In this document: piece after piece, positions 37,996-47,292 of the stretch
How positions within the stretch are numbered: position 1 is the stretch's first letter
How the letters are laid out: each line of letters begins with the position of its first letter
Assembly: GCA_965207835.1 (NCBI GenBank)
Contig: CBDBNQ010000002.1
Location: forward strand, 1,713,224-1,777,223
Reading direction: 5' to 3'
DNA: 64,000 bases
DNA from: Nitrospirales bacterium
GTDB taxonomy: Bacteria > Nitrospirota > Nitrospiria > Nitrospirales > UBA8639
The notes under the pieces: model-generated
The model's database searches: none
What the model saw: only the letters and a program-made list of their open reading frames with translations
What the model was told of the DNA's origin: nothing
Made by a program: the position numbers and the translations under genes

Positions 37996-39339
37996 TTGAT
38001 AGAAATCACGTGTGTTCAAGGTAGCCTCCTCGACGTTGAGACCCAGGCTATCGTCAATGCCGCGAACAGTTACGGCCTCATGGGCGGAGGCGTGGCTGGG
38101 ATCATCCGGCGCGCCGCCGGGTCGCAGGTGGAAGATGAGGCGCGTGAACAGGCACCGATACCCGTGGGTGATGCCGTGCTGACGTCTGGCGGGCGCACGC
38201 GTTTCGAGGGGATTATTCATGCGCCGACCATGCCGGAGCCGTCCATGCGCATCCCCGTCCAAAACGTGAAATTAGCCACACAAGCCGCGCTCCGGCTTGC
38301 CGATGAACAGGGCTTTGTCTCCCTCGCCATTCCCGGTATGGGCACGGGGGTCGGCAGGGTCGCTCCCGAGGAAGCCGCGCAAGGGATGGTGGAAGTCATT
38401 CGACAATTTCAGCCCCGCTCCCTGCAATCGGTCATTCTGGTGGATATTGATCCCGTGATGGTCCGGGCCTGGCAGGCTACGCTGTCCCGGCCCCCGGCAC
38501 TCGAAGACGAATTTTGCGACATCGTGAAAAAGGCACGGAAGGGGAGAGGGCAAACAATCTCCGGCGCGGCGGAAACCGCGCAGCTTCGCAAAGACGATTG
38601 GGAGAGCCTGGAACAGGGTGCCCGTGCCCCGTCGGAACACGAGGTTCAGGCTATGGCCCGGGTTCTGGCCCTCAGATCTGAGGCGCTGAGCGCAGTGTCC
38701 ATAGGGGGGTGGGTGCCGCATTCATCTCCGGCGTGGGTCTCTTCGCTGGTAGTGACGGTGTTGGGTGACATCGGGGGCTACGAAGTCAAAGGGTACGTTT
38801 TAATCGATCCGCAAACCAAACAAGCGATCTTTATCGATACGGCGTATAATGCGGAGGCCATGCTGGCCGTACTTGACGTGCAACACGCGACGTTGACCGG
38901 CGTGTGCCTTACGCATGGGCACATGGATCATGCCGGGGGGCTGGATCGGATTTTGTCTGAATGGTCCGTACCGGTGTATCTTGGAGAAGGAGATTTTCCT
39001 TTGTTGCCTTGGAAGCCACCAAAAGACAGGGTCGTTGTTCCCGAGGATGGCCGGATCATTGCCGCGGGGGACTTGAAAGTCGAATGTCTCGCCACACCCG
39101 GCCATACTCCCGGCGGGATTTGCTATAACGTGCAATCTCGAGGCCAGGCGCTCTGTTTCGTCGGGGATACGCTGTTTGCCGGGTCCGTGGGCGGGTCCAA
39201 TCCGCTGTCGTTGTATGCGGAGCATTTGGCATCGGTTCGTCGCCGGGTCTTGCAGTTGGATCCGAACACGGTGTTGCTCCCCGGGCACGGGCCGCCGACC
39301 ACGGTCAACGAAGAACGTCTCATGAATCCCTTTGGTTGA
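37996..39339 (+). CDS. Fusion protein: N-terminal macro domain plus C-terminal metallo-beta-lactamase-fold hydrolase
   Basis: 447 aa. Macro motifs AIVNAANSYGLMGGGVAG and IPGMGTGVG. MBL motif THGHMDHAGG with downstream TPGHTPG and LPGHG. TTG start. Confidence 0.8.
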   Translation: MIEITCVQGSLLDVETQAIVNAANSYGLMGGGVAGIIRRAAGSQVEDEAREQAPIPVGDAVLTSGGRTRFEGIIHAPTMPEPSMRIPVQNVKLATQAALRLADEQGFVSLAIPGMGTGVGRVAPEEAAQGMVEVIRQFQPRSLQSVILVDIDPVMVRAWQATLSRPPALEDEFCDIVKKARKGRGQTISGAAETAQLRKDDWESLEQGARAPSEHEVQAMARVLALRSEALSAVSIGGWVPHSSPAWVSSLVVTVLGDIGGYEVKGYVLIDPQTKQAIFIDTAYNAEAMLAVLDVQHATLTGVCLTHGHMDHAGGLDRILSEWSVPVYLGEGDFPLLPWKPPKDRVVVPEDGRIIAAGDLKVECLATPGHTPGGICYNVQSRGQALCFVGDTLFAGSVGGSNPLSLYAEHLASVRRRVLQLDPNTVLLPGHGPPTTVNEERLMNPFG

Positions 39340-39363
39340 TTCGGGTACCACCCTTCACTCGTT

Positions 39364-40344
39364 ATGGATCAGCAACAATTTCCTCCCGGACCGCAAAAAG
39401 GGTTTCCCGATGACCCGAAGGACCGGCCGCATGCACACGATGAATGGTCGCCGGAGTGGGAACGGTCCGAGCCCGAGCCGGAAAGTGCGGTATCGGTCCT
39501 GTATCTACCGCTCGGCTTGTTCCTGGTAACCGTCTTCACCACGTTTTGGGCTGGTGCGTATCAGGTCAATACCGAGCCAGTATCAGGCGCATGGGATTTC
39601 CTTGCGCGCTATCCCGGCAGCCTGTGGAACGGGTGGCCGTTCGCCTGTACGTTGTTGGGGATCCTCGTCACGCACGAATTCGGGCACTTTTACTTGTCGC
39701 GTGTTCACAGTGTCCCGGCGTCGCTGCCGCTGTTCATTCCGGGTCCTCCGCAATTTATCGGGACGTTCGGTGCCGTGATTCGCATGCGCTCACCTATTAT
39801 GAATCGTCGTGCCTTGTTCGATATTGGCGTGGCCGGACCCATTGCGGGATTTCTCGTGGCCGTGCCGGCCCTGCTCATCGGGCTGTCCTATTCAAAGGTC
39901 GAACCTACGATGGGTTTCTATGGCCTGCAATTGGGGGAACCGTTGTTGCTGCAATTTTTCGCGTGGCTCATGTTTGGACCGATCCCCGAGACCTATGACA
40001 TCGTGCTGCATCCCGTGGCCTTTGCGGCCTGGTTCGGGTTTTTCATTACCGCGCTGAACCTGATCCCGATCGGGCAACTCGACGGCGGGCACGTGGCCTA
40101 TGCGCTGTTCGGACCCCGTCAACGCAGCCTGGCACTTGCGGCGATTCCCATCCTGTTGGTCCTGGGGCTCTGGGGGTGGCCGGGGTGGATTGTGTGGGCG
40201 TTTCTGGCCGGCATGGTCGGGATCAGTCATCCGCCGGTAATCGATCCGGGAACGGAATTGGGCCGCGGCCGGCTCTGGGTGGGCTGGGGTGCCCTGGCTA
40301 TTTTTCTCGTCAGCTTTTCGCCGGTCCCCTTTTATTTCGGCTGA
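39364..40344 (+). CDS. M50-family (site-2 protease-like) membrane metalloprotease
   Basis: Polytopic membrane protein with HEFGHF and NLIPIGQLDGGH motifs. Confidence 0.85.
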   Translation: MDQQQFPPGPQKGFPDDPKDRPHAHDEWSPEWERSEPEPESAVSVLYLPLGLFLVTVFTTFWAGAYQVNTEPVSGAWDFLARYPGSLWNGWPFACTLLGILVTHEFGHFYLSRVHSVPASLPLFIPGPPQFIGTFGAVIRMRSPIMNRRALFDIGVAGPIAGFLVAVPALLIGLSYSKVEPTMGFYGLQLGEPLLLQFFAWLMFGPIPETYDIVLHPVAFAAWFGFFITALNLIPIGQLDGGHVAYALFGPRQRSLALAAIPILLVLGLWGWPGWIVWAFLAGMVGISHPPVIDPGTELGRGRLWVGWGALAIFLVSFSPVPFYFG

Positions 40345-40468
40345 GGATTGCTGACAAAAGAAAACCGACAGCAGCGTCGAACGAGAATGGTCGGGTTACG
40401 CCTTCGGCTAACCCGACCTACAAATGCTAATGCCGCCGAATGGTTCTAAAACGAAAGAGAGCACGTCG

Positions 40469-41818
40469 ATGAAGCATTTGGAATCCTACATCCGGTCGGT
40501 CCGGACACACTTTGAGGAGATGCTCGGACAGGCGGTCGAAATCCAATCGGTGAGTTCCGATCCCTCACGCGGGAAGGATATCGCCCGGATGGCTACCGTG
40601 GCGGCGCAGTATCTACGGCATCTCGGGGCGCGAGCGCGGATTGCGACCACCAAGGGTTATCCCGTGGTATCGGGCGGCTGGCAGGTCGGGAAGCAGTATC
40701 CCACGTTGACGATTTACAATCATCTGGACGTGCAACCCGCCCAGGAACCGGAGTGGTTGCAGGAACCGTTCGTCTTTCGCAAACAGGGGGACACCTATGG
40801 GGGCCGGGGCACCACCGATGACAAAGGCCCGGCGTTGGCCGCGTTCCTGGCCGCCAGGTATGCCGTGGAGCAGGGGATCGCGTTGAATATCCGGTTTCTC
40901 TGGGAATTGGAAGAAGAAATCGGCAGCCCGAATTTCCAGGATGCCCTGGACCAGCGGAGCGCGGTCCCGCGTCCGGATTCGGTCCTGGTGTCGGATACCA
41001 TCTGGGTGTCGCGCCAACGTCCGGCCATTTCCACGGGGCTGCGCGGGATGTTGGCTGTCCGGCTGACCCTGCGCACGGGAACCACCGACGTGCATTCCGG
41101 CTTGACCGGCGGCGGGGCCAGAAACCCGCTGACCGAACTCTGCGAAGCCGCGCAGTCGTGTGTGGATGCGCGAACCGGCCGCGTGACCATTCCCGGGTTT
41201 TACGATGAGGTGGTGCCGCCCACGGCCGGGGAAATGAAGCAATTCCTCTCCTCGGGCTTTCAGGTGGACCGGTTCAAGAAGGTGTACGGGTTCCGGTCGA
41301 TTCGCACGCGAAACCGTGCCGAGCTGATCGAACGGATCTGGGCTGCCCCCACCTTCGAGGTGCATGGGTTGGTGGGCGGGTACATGGGGCCAGGCGTGAA
41401 AACCGTGGTTCCGCCGTCCGGGGAATTGAAGGTGAGCATGCGGCTGGTCCCGAACCAGCATCCCGCAACGATATTCGCCCGGTTGAAGGCCCATCTCAAT
41501 AAACTGAATCCGGATATCCGGGTTGAAGCCGACGGACAACTCGAACCGTTTCGGGGCGTGACGCAGGGACCATATGCCGACGCGCTTCGTCAGGCGATGC
41601 GCACGGGATTCGGCAAGAACCCGTCATTGGTCCGGGAAGGGGGATCGATCGGCGCCGTGTCCCTGATGGAGCAGGTGTGGCAGGTGCCCATTCTCTTCTG
41701 CGGGTTGAGCCTGCCGGAGCACGGCTATCATGCGCCGAACGAGAATTTCGATTGGGGCCAGGCGTCCGGCGGCATCCGCACCTTCGTCGACTACTTCTCC
41801 CGCATTGCTGCCTTATAA
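40469..41818 (+). CDS. M20-family dipeptidase/deacylase
   Basis: YNHLDVQP, GRGTTDDKGP and PEHGYHAPNE motifs. Start taken at MKHLESY. Confidence 0.85.
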   Translation: MKHLESYIRSVRTHFEEMLGQAVEIQSVSSDPSRGKDIARMATVAAQYLRHLGARARIATTKGYPVVSGGWQVGKQYPTLTIYNHLDVQPAQEPEWLQEPFVFRKQGDTYGGRGTTDDKGPALAAFLAARYAVEQGIALNIRFLWELEEEIGSPNFQDALDQRSAVPRPDSVLVSDTIWVSRQRPAISTGLRGMLAVRLTLRTGTTDVHSGLTGGGARNPLTELCEAAQSCVDARTGRVTIPGFYDEVVPPTAGEMKQFLSSGFQVDRFKKVYGFRSIRTRNRAELIERIWAAPTFEVHGLVGGYMGPGVKTVVPPSGELKVSMRLVPNQHPATIFARLKAHLNKLNPDIRVEADGQLEPFRGVTQGPYADALRQAMRTGFGKNPSLVREGGSIGAVSLMEQVWQVPILFCGLSLPEHGYHAPNENFDWGQASGGIRTFVDYFSRIAAL

Positions 41819-41841
41819 ACTCCTCTCCTTCGGCCCTTTCC

Positions 41842-41960
41842 CGTCATCCCCGATTTCTCCTTCTGTCATCCTCGACATTTTTAATTGAGGATCCAGTGTC
41901 TTTGTTTTTGTATTTCTCCCTCTCCCGCTGGAGAGGGCAGGGGTGAGGGGAGGGGCGAAA
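41842..41960. repeat. REP-like intergenic repeat cluster
   Basis: Contains GTCATCCCCGAT..., GTCATCCTCGAC...GAGGATCCAGTG and CTCCCTCTCCCGCTGGAGAGGGCAGGGGTGAGGGG modules. Confidence 0.6.
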
Positions 41961-41977
41961 CCCCGCAAATGGACCCG

Positions 41978-43351
41978 TCACGCTTTACGCCGCACCATGA
42001 TCCGCAATGGCGTCCCCTCGAACCCGAACGTGGCCCGGAGTTGGTTTTCCAGGTAACGCAGGTACGCGGGGGTGAGCACGGCCGATTTGCCCGCGAACAG
42101 CGCGAAAGTGGGTGGTTTGGCCGCGACCTGGGTCATATAGAGTGATTTCGGCGGATTTCCCTTTTTCACGGTAAGCGGATTATCCGTCAACGCCTTTTGG
42201 AGGAATTGATTGAGGCGACCGGTGGGTACCCTGTACGAAAACGCGTCCATAACCCGGGTGATAGTGCTGAACACGTGATCGACGGTCTTGGGCGAAAGTG
42301 CTGACCCGAAGACTACGGGCACAAAGGTGAAGAAGGGAAACTGCCGCTGCAACTCCAGAGTAAATTTCTTCTTGGCCTCGCGTTGGTCCCGGCGCAGATC
42401 CCACTTATTGACGAGCATGACGCAGCCCCGTCCCTGCCGTTGGATCAGCCCCGCAATTTTGGTGTCCTGGTCAGTGACGCCCTCGACCCCATCAATTAAC
42501 AACACTCCGATGTCCGACCGCCCCAACGCTCTCATGGTCCTGGCGACGCTATAGCCTTCGATGCCCGGCTCCACGCGACCGCGACGCCGCAGCCCAGCCG
42601 TGTCCGTCAACAGAAATGATTGGCCCTCGCGTTCCAGTTGCGTGTCCACGGGGTCGCGCGTGGTGCCGGGCACGTCGCTGACGAGGGCGCGCTCCTCTCC
42701 CAGGATGGTGTTCACCAGCGTGGACTTGCCCACGTTGGGACGCCCGACCACGGCCACCCGGGTCGTGGCGGTTTCCGCCAGGTCCTCGTCATGCGCCGGT
42801 AGGAGATGCAGAAACGCCTCGAGCAGGTCATCCACCCCGTTGCCGTGTTCCGCCGAGATGGGGAACAGCACGTCCTTGCCGAGAGCATGGAAGTCCGCCA
42901 GCAGGGGTTCCAAGGCCGGGGTATCGACTTTATTGACCACCCAGAACGTGGGTTTGTCCACCCCGTGGAGCCCGTCCACGATTTCCCGGTCCACTGGCGT
43001 GAGCCCGGCCCGGCCATCCATGATCACGAGCAGAATATCCGCTGCGGTGAGGGCAGTTTGCGATTGCCGGCGGATGAGCCCGAGCATGCCGTCGGTGGAG
43101 GTGGGATCCAGCCCGCCGGTATCAACGAGCTGAAAGCGACGGCCCTGATACGTGCACTCGGCGTAAAGCCGGTCCCGGGTCACGCCCGGCCGGTCGTCCA
43201 CAATGGCGTTCCTGGTCCCCAGTATCCGGTTGAACAGCGTCGATTTGCCGACGTTCGGCCTCCCAATCACGGCCACCAGCGGCACCCCAGACGGCCGCAA
43301 CCCAGGCAGAAACGCCTGCCGATTCGCTCGCGCTGAGGATTTCCGTTTCAT
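41978..43351 (-). CDS. der: Ribosome-biogenesis GTPase Der (EngA)
   Basis: Two GTPase domains (GRPNVGKST twice) plus a KH-like C-terminus. Start trimmed to the ATG at 43351 because the longer track ORF runs through REP repeats. Confidence 0.92.
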   Translation of the reverse strand: MKRKSSARANRQAFLPGLRPSGVPLVAVIGRPNVGKSTLFNRILGTRNAIVDDRPGVTRDRLYAECTYQGRRFQLVDTGGLDPTSTDGMLGLIRRQSQTALTAADILLVIMDGRAGLTPVDREIVDGLHGVDKPTFWVVNKVDTPALEPLLADFHALGKDVLFPISAEHGNGVDDLLEAFLHLLPAHDEDLAETATTRVAVVGRPNVGKSTLVNTILGEERALVSDVPGTTRDPVDTQLEREGQSFLLTDTAGLRRRGRVEPGIEGYSVARTMRALGRSDIGVLLIDGVEGVTDQDTKIAGLIQRQGRGCVMLVNKWDLRRDQREAKKKFTLELQRQFPFFTFVPVVFGSALSPKTVDHVFSTITRVMDAFSYRVPTGRLNQFLQKALTDNPLTVKKGNPPKSLYMTQVAAKPPTFALFAGKSAVLTPAYLRYLENQLRATFGFEGTPLRIMVRRKA

Positions 43352-43386
43352 GGTCAAGGGTGTTTTCTCTTTCTTTTGTCTTTGCC

Positions 43387-43478
43387 TGTCATCCCCGACC
43401 TGATCGGGGATCCAGTGTCTTTTCTTTCGCCTTTGTATTCGTAGCCGCGCCATCCCCCGATCAAGCCGAGGGCAGGCC
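43387..43478. repeat. REP-like hairpin modules
   Basis: GTCATCCCCGACCTGATCGGGGATCCAGTG and CCATCCCCCGATCAAGCCGAGGG. Confidence 0.55.
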
Positions 43479-43490
43479 CATGGCGCGTTC

Positions 43491-43584
43491 CTCCAAGCAG
43501 CATAAGATGCTATCGCTACAACCTGAAAATGAATGTTCTCCGGCAGGCAGAGGAAATGAGGAACCAAAAATCCAGTCTACGGGC
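43491..43584. repeat. Direct repeat copy 1 flanking higBA
   Basis: The 70-bp core 43515-43584 matches 44370-44439 at 64/70. The leading CTCCAAGC.GCATAAG is also shared. Confidence 0.8.
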
Positions 43585-43683
43585 GGGTAAATGGAAAAGA
43601 CAAGTCGTTACATGGGGAGGCATTTCATGGCGGCGCGGTCTCGAGTGATTCCCCGAGACAGGCCGAAGCGACCTGCAGGTGGG

Positions 43684-43980
43684 CTACCCCAGCGCCGCAG
43701 CCGGTTGGACGCCGTCGATTAGCCGATGTTTCTCCCCGGCCAGCTTGCGAAAGTCACACTCGACTTGGATGCCGTGCCAGAACTGGTCTGACTGGCCGAA
43801 GAAGGCGCCGAATCGAATCGACATGGCCGGCGTAATCGACCGGCGGCCATGCACGATTTCATTGATCGCGCGCGGGGCCACACCGATGGCACGTGCCATG
43901 GCGTTCTGCGAAATCCCCATCGGCTTCAGGTACTCCTCAAGCAAAATCTCGCCGGGTGTGATAGGCATGTCCATATTCAT
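43684..43980 (-). CDS. higA: HigA-family antitoxin (XRE HTH)
   Basis: 98 aa. [44 protein letters not shown]. Confidence 0.8.
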   Translation of the reverse strand: MNMDMPITPGEILLEEYLKPMGISQNAMARAIGVAPRAINEIVHGRRSITPAMSIRFGAFFGQSDQFWHGIQVECDFRKLAGEKHRLIDGVQPAAALG

Positions 43981-44006
43981 ATCCTATAACGTCATAAGGT
44001 CATTTT

Positions 44007-44285
44007 TCAATGATAATCCACGATCGCCACCTGTTCCGGTCAGGCATCGGTCCATCTGAAGACGATACGCCATTGGTCGTTGATGCGAATGGAATGAAAG
44101 CCCGAATGCCGCCCGCTCAGAGCTTCCAGCCGGTTACCGGGCGGGACGGCAAGGTCACTGAGAGCACCGGCTTGATTCAATTGAATCAATTTTCGTAGCG
44201 CAACTCGCGATAGCGCGGCAAACCGCCGATTGCGTTCCAACGTGAATAGTTCTTCCGTATCCCTGTCCGCAAATGATCGGATCAT
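44007..44285 (-). pseudogene. higB: HigB-type (RelE superfamily) toxin with an in-frame premature TGA
   Basis: The 81-aa ORF ends ...[14 protein letters not shown] at TGA (44040-44042). The same frame continues PEQVAIVDYH to a second stop at 44007-44009, matching the usual HigB C-terminus. Confidence 0.7.
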
Positions 44286-44321
44286 GACTAACGCCTAGCT
44301 GCGCCATCTCATAGCACTCTC

Positions 44322-44439
44322 CTCCAAGCCGCATAAGGCATGTCCCGGGCTTTGACCCGGGATGCTGCAGCTACAACGTGAAAAAGAATGTACTCCGGCA
44401 AGCAGAGGAAATGAAGAACCCAAAATCCAGTCTACGGGC
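44322..44439. repeat. Direct repeat copy 2 flanking higBA
   Basis: As copy 1, but carries an extra ~24-bp GTCCCGGGCTTTGACCCGGGA hairpin module. Confidence 0.8.
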
Positions 44440-44539
44440 TCTCTTCGTTGCGGTGCGAACAGAGAACGCTAGGCGAAATCTCAAAGGAGAGTCAAATTTT
44501 GGGACTTATATACAATACTAGACAGGGCCAACAAATTTC

Positions 44540-44568
44540 TTGACACTAACTCCTATTTTTGGTACATT
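44540..44568 (+). promoter_or_regulatory. Candidate sigma70-type promoter for the transposase
   Basis: TTGACA (44540-44545), 17-nt spacer, TACATT (44563-44568). AAAGGAG lies upstream of the ATG at 44606. Confidence 0.4.
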
Positions 44569-44605
44569 ACTAGACACCAAACACAAGCCAAAAGGAGTGT
44601 CAGGC

Positions 44606-45559
44606 ATGCCGAAGAAAGCCCCTGGAAAGTACTACCGACATGGAATCAGCTTGGTGGAATTGATTGACCGTTTCCCCGACGAAGCCTCAGCGCGGACCTG
44701 GTTTGAGTCGATTCGATGGGCCAAAGGCCGGTCGTGTCCACATTGTGCATCCGCTGACACCAAGCCGGTTCCGAACGACAATCCCATGCCGTACCATTGT
44801 GGAGCCTGTCGCAAGTATTTCAGCGTCAAGACGGGCACGGTGATGCAATCCAGTAACCTGTCCTTGCGGAAGTGGGTCGTTGGGTTTTATCTGATGTCTA
44901 CGAATCTCAAGGGCGTTTCCAGCATGAAACTCCACCGGGATTTGAAGGTTACACAAAAGACGGCCTGGATGATGGCCCAGAAGATTCGACAAGCTTGGAA
45001 GAGCGACCAAACGGCCTTGCTTGGGCCGGTCGAAGTCGATGAAACGTATATCGGCGGCAAAGACAAAAACAAGCATGCCAGCAAAAAGACGCAACGCGGG
45101 AATGCCTATGGAGTGAAGCAAGCCGTGGTCGGCATGAAGTCCCGGACCACGAATCAGATTGCGGCCCAACCGATTGATCCAGTCAGCGCCACCACGTTAC
45201 AACGATTTGTCAAAACGAATGCGCCGGACAGAACCCAAGTCTATAGCGATACAAAGCGCGGATACTGGGGCTTACGGAAGGCCGGGTATACCGTGGATCA
45301 AGTGAACCATTCGGCTGGGGAATATGTCCGTGATATGGCCCACACCAATGGCATTGAATCCTTTTGGGCGATGTTGAAGCGAGGCTATCACGGCACCTTT
45401 CACAAGATGAGTGCCAAGCATCTACATCGCTATGTAGATGAGTTTTCCGGTCGGCATAACGTGCGTGAGTTGGATACGATTCAGCAAATGACCGTCATGG
45501 TTCACGGGGTGGTAGGGAAGCAGTTGCCGTATCGGGAGTTGATTGCCAATGCTAGCTAA
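44606..45559 (+). CDS. IS1595-family transposase (zinc ribbon + DDE)
   Basis: CPHC...CGAC zinc-ribbon motif, then KWVVGFYLM...VEVDETYIGGK..., typical of ISXO2-like/IS1595 transposases. Confidence 0.85.
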   Translation: MPKKAPGKYYRHGISLVELIDRFPDEASARTWFESIRWAKGRSCPHCASADTKPVPNDNPMPYHCGACRKYFSVKTGTVMQSSNLSLRKWVVGFYLMSTNLKGVSSMKLHRDLKVTQKTAWMMAQKIRQAWKSDQTALLGPVEVDETYIGGKDKNKHASKKTQRGNAYGVKQAVVGMKSRTTNQIAAQPIDPVSATTLQRFVKTNAPDRTQVYSDTKRGYWGLRKAGYTVDQVNHSAGEYVRDMAHTNGIESFWAMLKRGYHGTFHKMSAKHLHRYVDEFSGRHNVRELDTIQQMTVMVHGVVGKQLPYRELIANAS

Positions 45560-46535
45560 GGTCGGGCAACGGAAGAAGGGCCGGTCGAGGGGGGTTCTGT
45601 TCACACATCCAGCCCAACCTGTCTTCACGTATCGGCAAGCGGTTTTCTATCAGGCAGACTGCTTTGATTGGTTGGAGAAGTGCCCTGATCAGAGCCTGCA
45701 CGCAATTGTAACGGACCCACCTTACGGCCTTCTGGAATATTCCGAAACCGAGCAGCAAAAACTTCGGAATGGCCGAGGCGGAGTCTGGCGGCTCCCTCCG
45801 TCTTTTGATGGGAATGAACGGTCCCCGGTCCCGCGTTTTACCGTCTTGACTGACGAGGACTTGGCGAGAATGCATACGTTCTTTGTCCGGTTCGGCAAGA
45901 CCTTGGTTCGGGTGCTCGTTCCGGGTGCGCACGTCTTCCTTGCGTCGAATCCACTTCTCTCCCACATTGTTGCCTCAGCTCTATCAGGATCAGGGCTGGA
46001 AAGCCGAGGGATGATTATTCGATGTGTCATGACGATGAGAGGTGGGGACCGTCCCAAGAACGCCCATGAAGAATTTCCAGACATCAGTGTGCTGCCCCGC
46101 TCCATGACCGAGCCGTGGTTGTTATTCAGAAAGCCTCTTGAGGGCCGGGTTCAAGATACTCTTCGCAAGTGGGGGACTGGTGGGTTGCGTCGCATATCAG
46201 GCAACCAGCCTTTTGGGGATCTGATACGTTCCCATCCGACTCGCTCGAACGAGAAACGATTGGCCCCACACCCTTCTTTGAAACCTCAAGCCTTTCTCCG
46301 GCAGGTCGTCCGTGCGGCTCTTCCGTTGCAGATGGGGATTATCTGTGACCCGTTTGCGGGGTCCGGCTCAACGTTGGCCGCAGCCAATCATATGGGTTAT
46401 GAAAGTATTGGGATTGAAAGCTCGTCGTATTATACGGGGATGGCACAAAGAGCGGTGCCGGTTCTTGAAAAGATCAGGTGTCTAAGTACACCCAGTTCTG
46501 ACGCCACTTTTGAATGCCTTGCTTGTCGAGGGTAG
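45549..46535 (+). CDS. Beta-class DNA methyltransferase (N6-adenine or N4-cytosine; DPPY type)
   Basis: Motif IV TDPPYG precedes motif I DPFAGSGST (the PF01555-type order). The start overlaps the transposase stop. Confidence 0.85.
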   Translation: MLAKVGQRKKGRSRGVLFTHPAQPVFTYRQAVFYQADCFDWLEKCPDQSLHAIVTDPPYGLLEYSETEQQKLRNGRGGVWRLPPSFDGNERSPVPRFTVLTDEDLARMHTFFVRFGKTLVRVLVPGAHVFLASNPLLSHIVASALSGSGLESRGMIIRCVMTMRGGDRPKNAHEEFPDISVLPRSMTEPWLLFRKPLEGRVQDTLRKWGTGGLRRISGNQPFGDLIRSHPTRSNEKRLAPHPSLKPQAFLRQVVRAALPLQMGIICDPFAGSGSTLAAANHMGYESIGIESSSYYTGMAQRAVPVLEKIRCLSTPSSDATFECLACRG

Positions 46536-47085
46536 ACGTTCTGGTACCCAATGCCCCTCGTGGATTGTTGCGAAAATCGGAGATTTCGACATGACCCAAA
46601 TAGATTTCTGTGAACGTCAGCGGTGCCCGATCAACCAGCGGTTCAGTTTTGTCGTCGATACGATAGACAAACACACAAAACCATTGCTTCCTGGCTCCGT
46701 GGGTATCCACGGCCCCGCCTCTCTTTTGAGTGCATTTGATCTCAACACCTTGTTCTGGTGCGCCGGATTTTACGGCATTGTTGGGGTGGATACCATTTAC
46801 AATGAGATCGGGGTGGCCGTTATGGTAGGTGTTTTCGACAAGCGTTGTCGAATGGCTAGCTAATCCAGAAGTCACAAGGTCAGATAGAACGCCGGACATG
46901 ATTGCAGACCGCACAATGTCATCTAAACGTCGTAGGCCCTTGGCTAAAAGGGCCGTGTTCACATCATGGAATAAGTCGTACACGTCCTGCATGGCCAATG
47001 CGAAGTCTTTAATCCGAAGATTAAAAGGCAGGTCGGCTTCTTGGTTGAATTTTGTGTCGTTCGGAGTTTGACGAATGATAGCCAT
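46474..47085 (-). CDS. Putative type II restriction endonuclease (PD-(D/E)XK signature)
   Basis: 203 aa. GHPDLIV ... GVEIKCTQK fits PD...(D/E)XK. Convergent with the methyltransferase, with a 62-nt overlap. Confidence 0.55.
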   Translation of the reverse strand: MAIIRQTPNDTKFNQEADLPFNLRIKDFALAMQDVYDLFHDVNTALLAKGLRRLDDIVRSAIMSGVLSDLVTSGLASHSTTLVENTYHNGHPDLIVNGIHPNNAVKSGAPEQGVEIKCTQKRGGAVDTHGARKQWFCVFVYRIDDKTEPLVDRAPLTFTEIYLGHVEISDFRNNPRGALGTRTSTLDKQGIQKWRQNWVYLDT

Positions 47086-47130
47086 GTGGAGAGGATATGG
47101 CCCTGATAACGCTCAAATCAAGGTAAGATT

Positions 47131-47292
47131 ATGAAACCCTCAAAATTCATAACCCCCAAACCAAAGCGTCCCCGTGGTCGTCCGGTGATACGAATCATTG
47201 AGCCGATTGACGCCACGCCCGAAGAGATGGCGCAAGCTATGTTTCGAGCCGCAGACCGCGAACGGGATGAGCGGGGCAAGAAAACAGGGTAA
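47131..47292 (+). CDS. Small basic ORF with AT-hook-like PKRPRGRP motif
   Basis: 53 aa, below the ORF-track length cutoff and read directly from the sequence. Lies inside the IS unit. Weak RBS. Confidence 0.3.
   Translation: MKPSKFITPKPKRPRGRPVIRIIEPIDATPEEMAQAMFRAADRERDERGKKTG

Noticed and set aside
43352-43567. N-terminal 72-codon extension of der in the track ORF 41978..43567.
   Set aside because: The extension translates REP-like repeat modules (..HWIPDQVGDD..). Der homologues begin near the first GTPase P-loop, so the ATG at 43351 was used.
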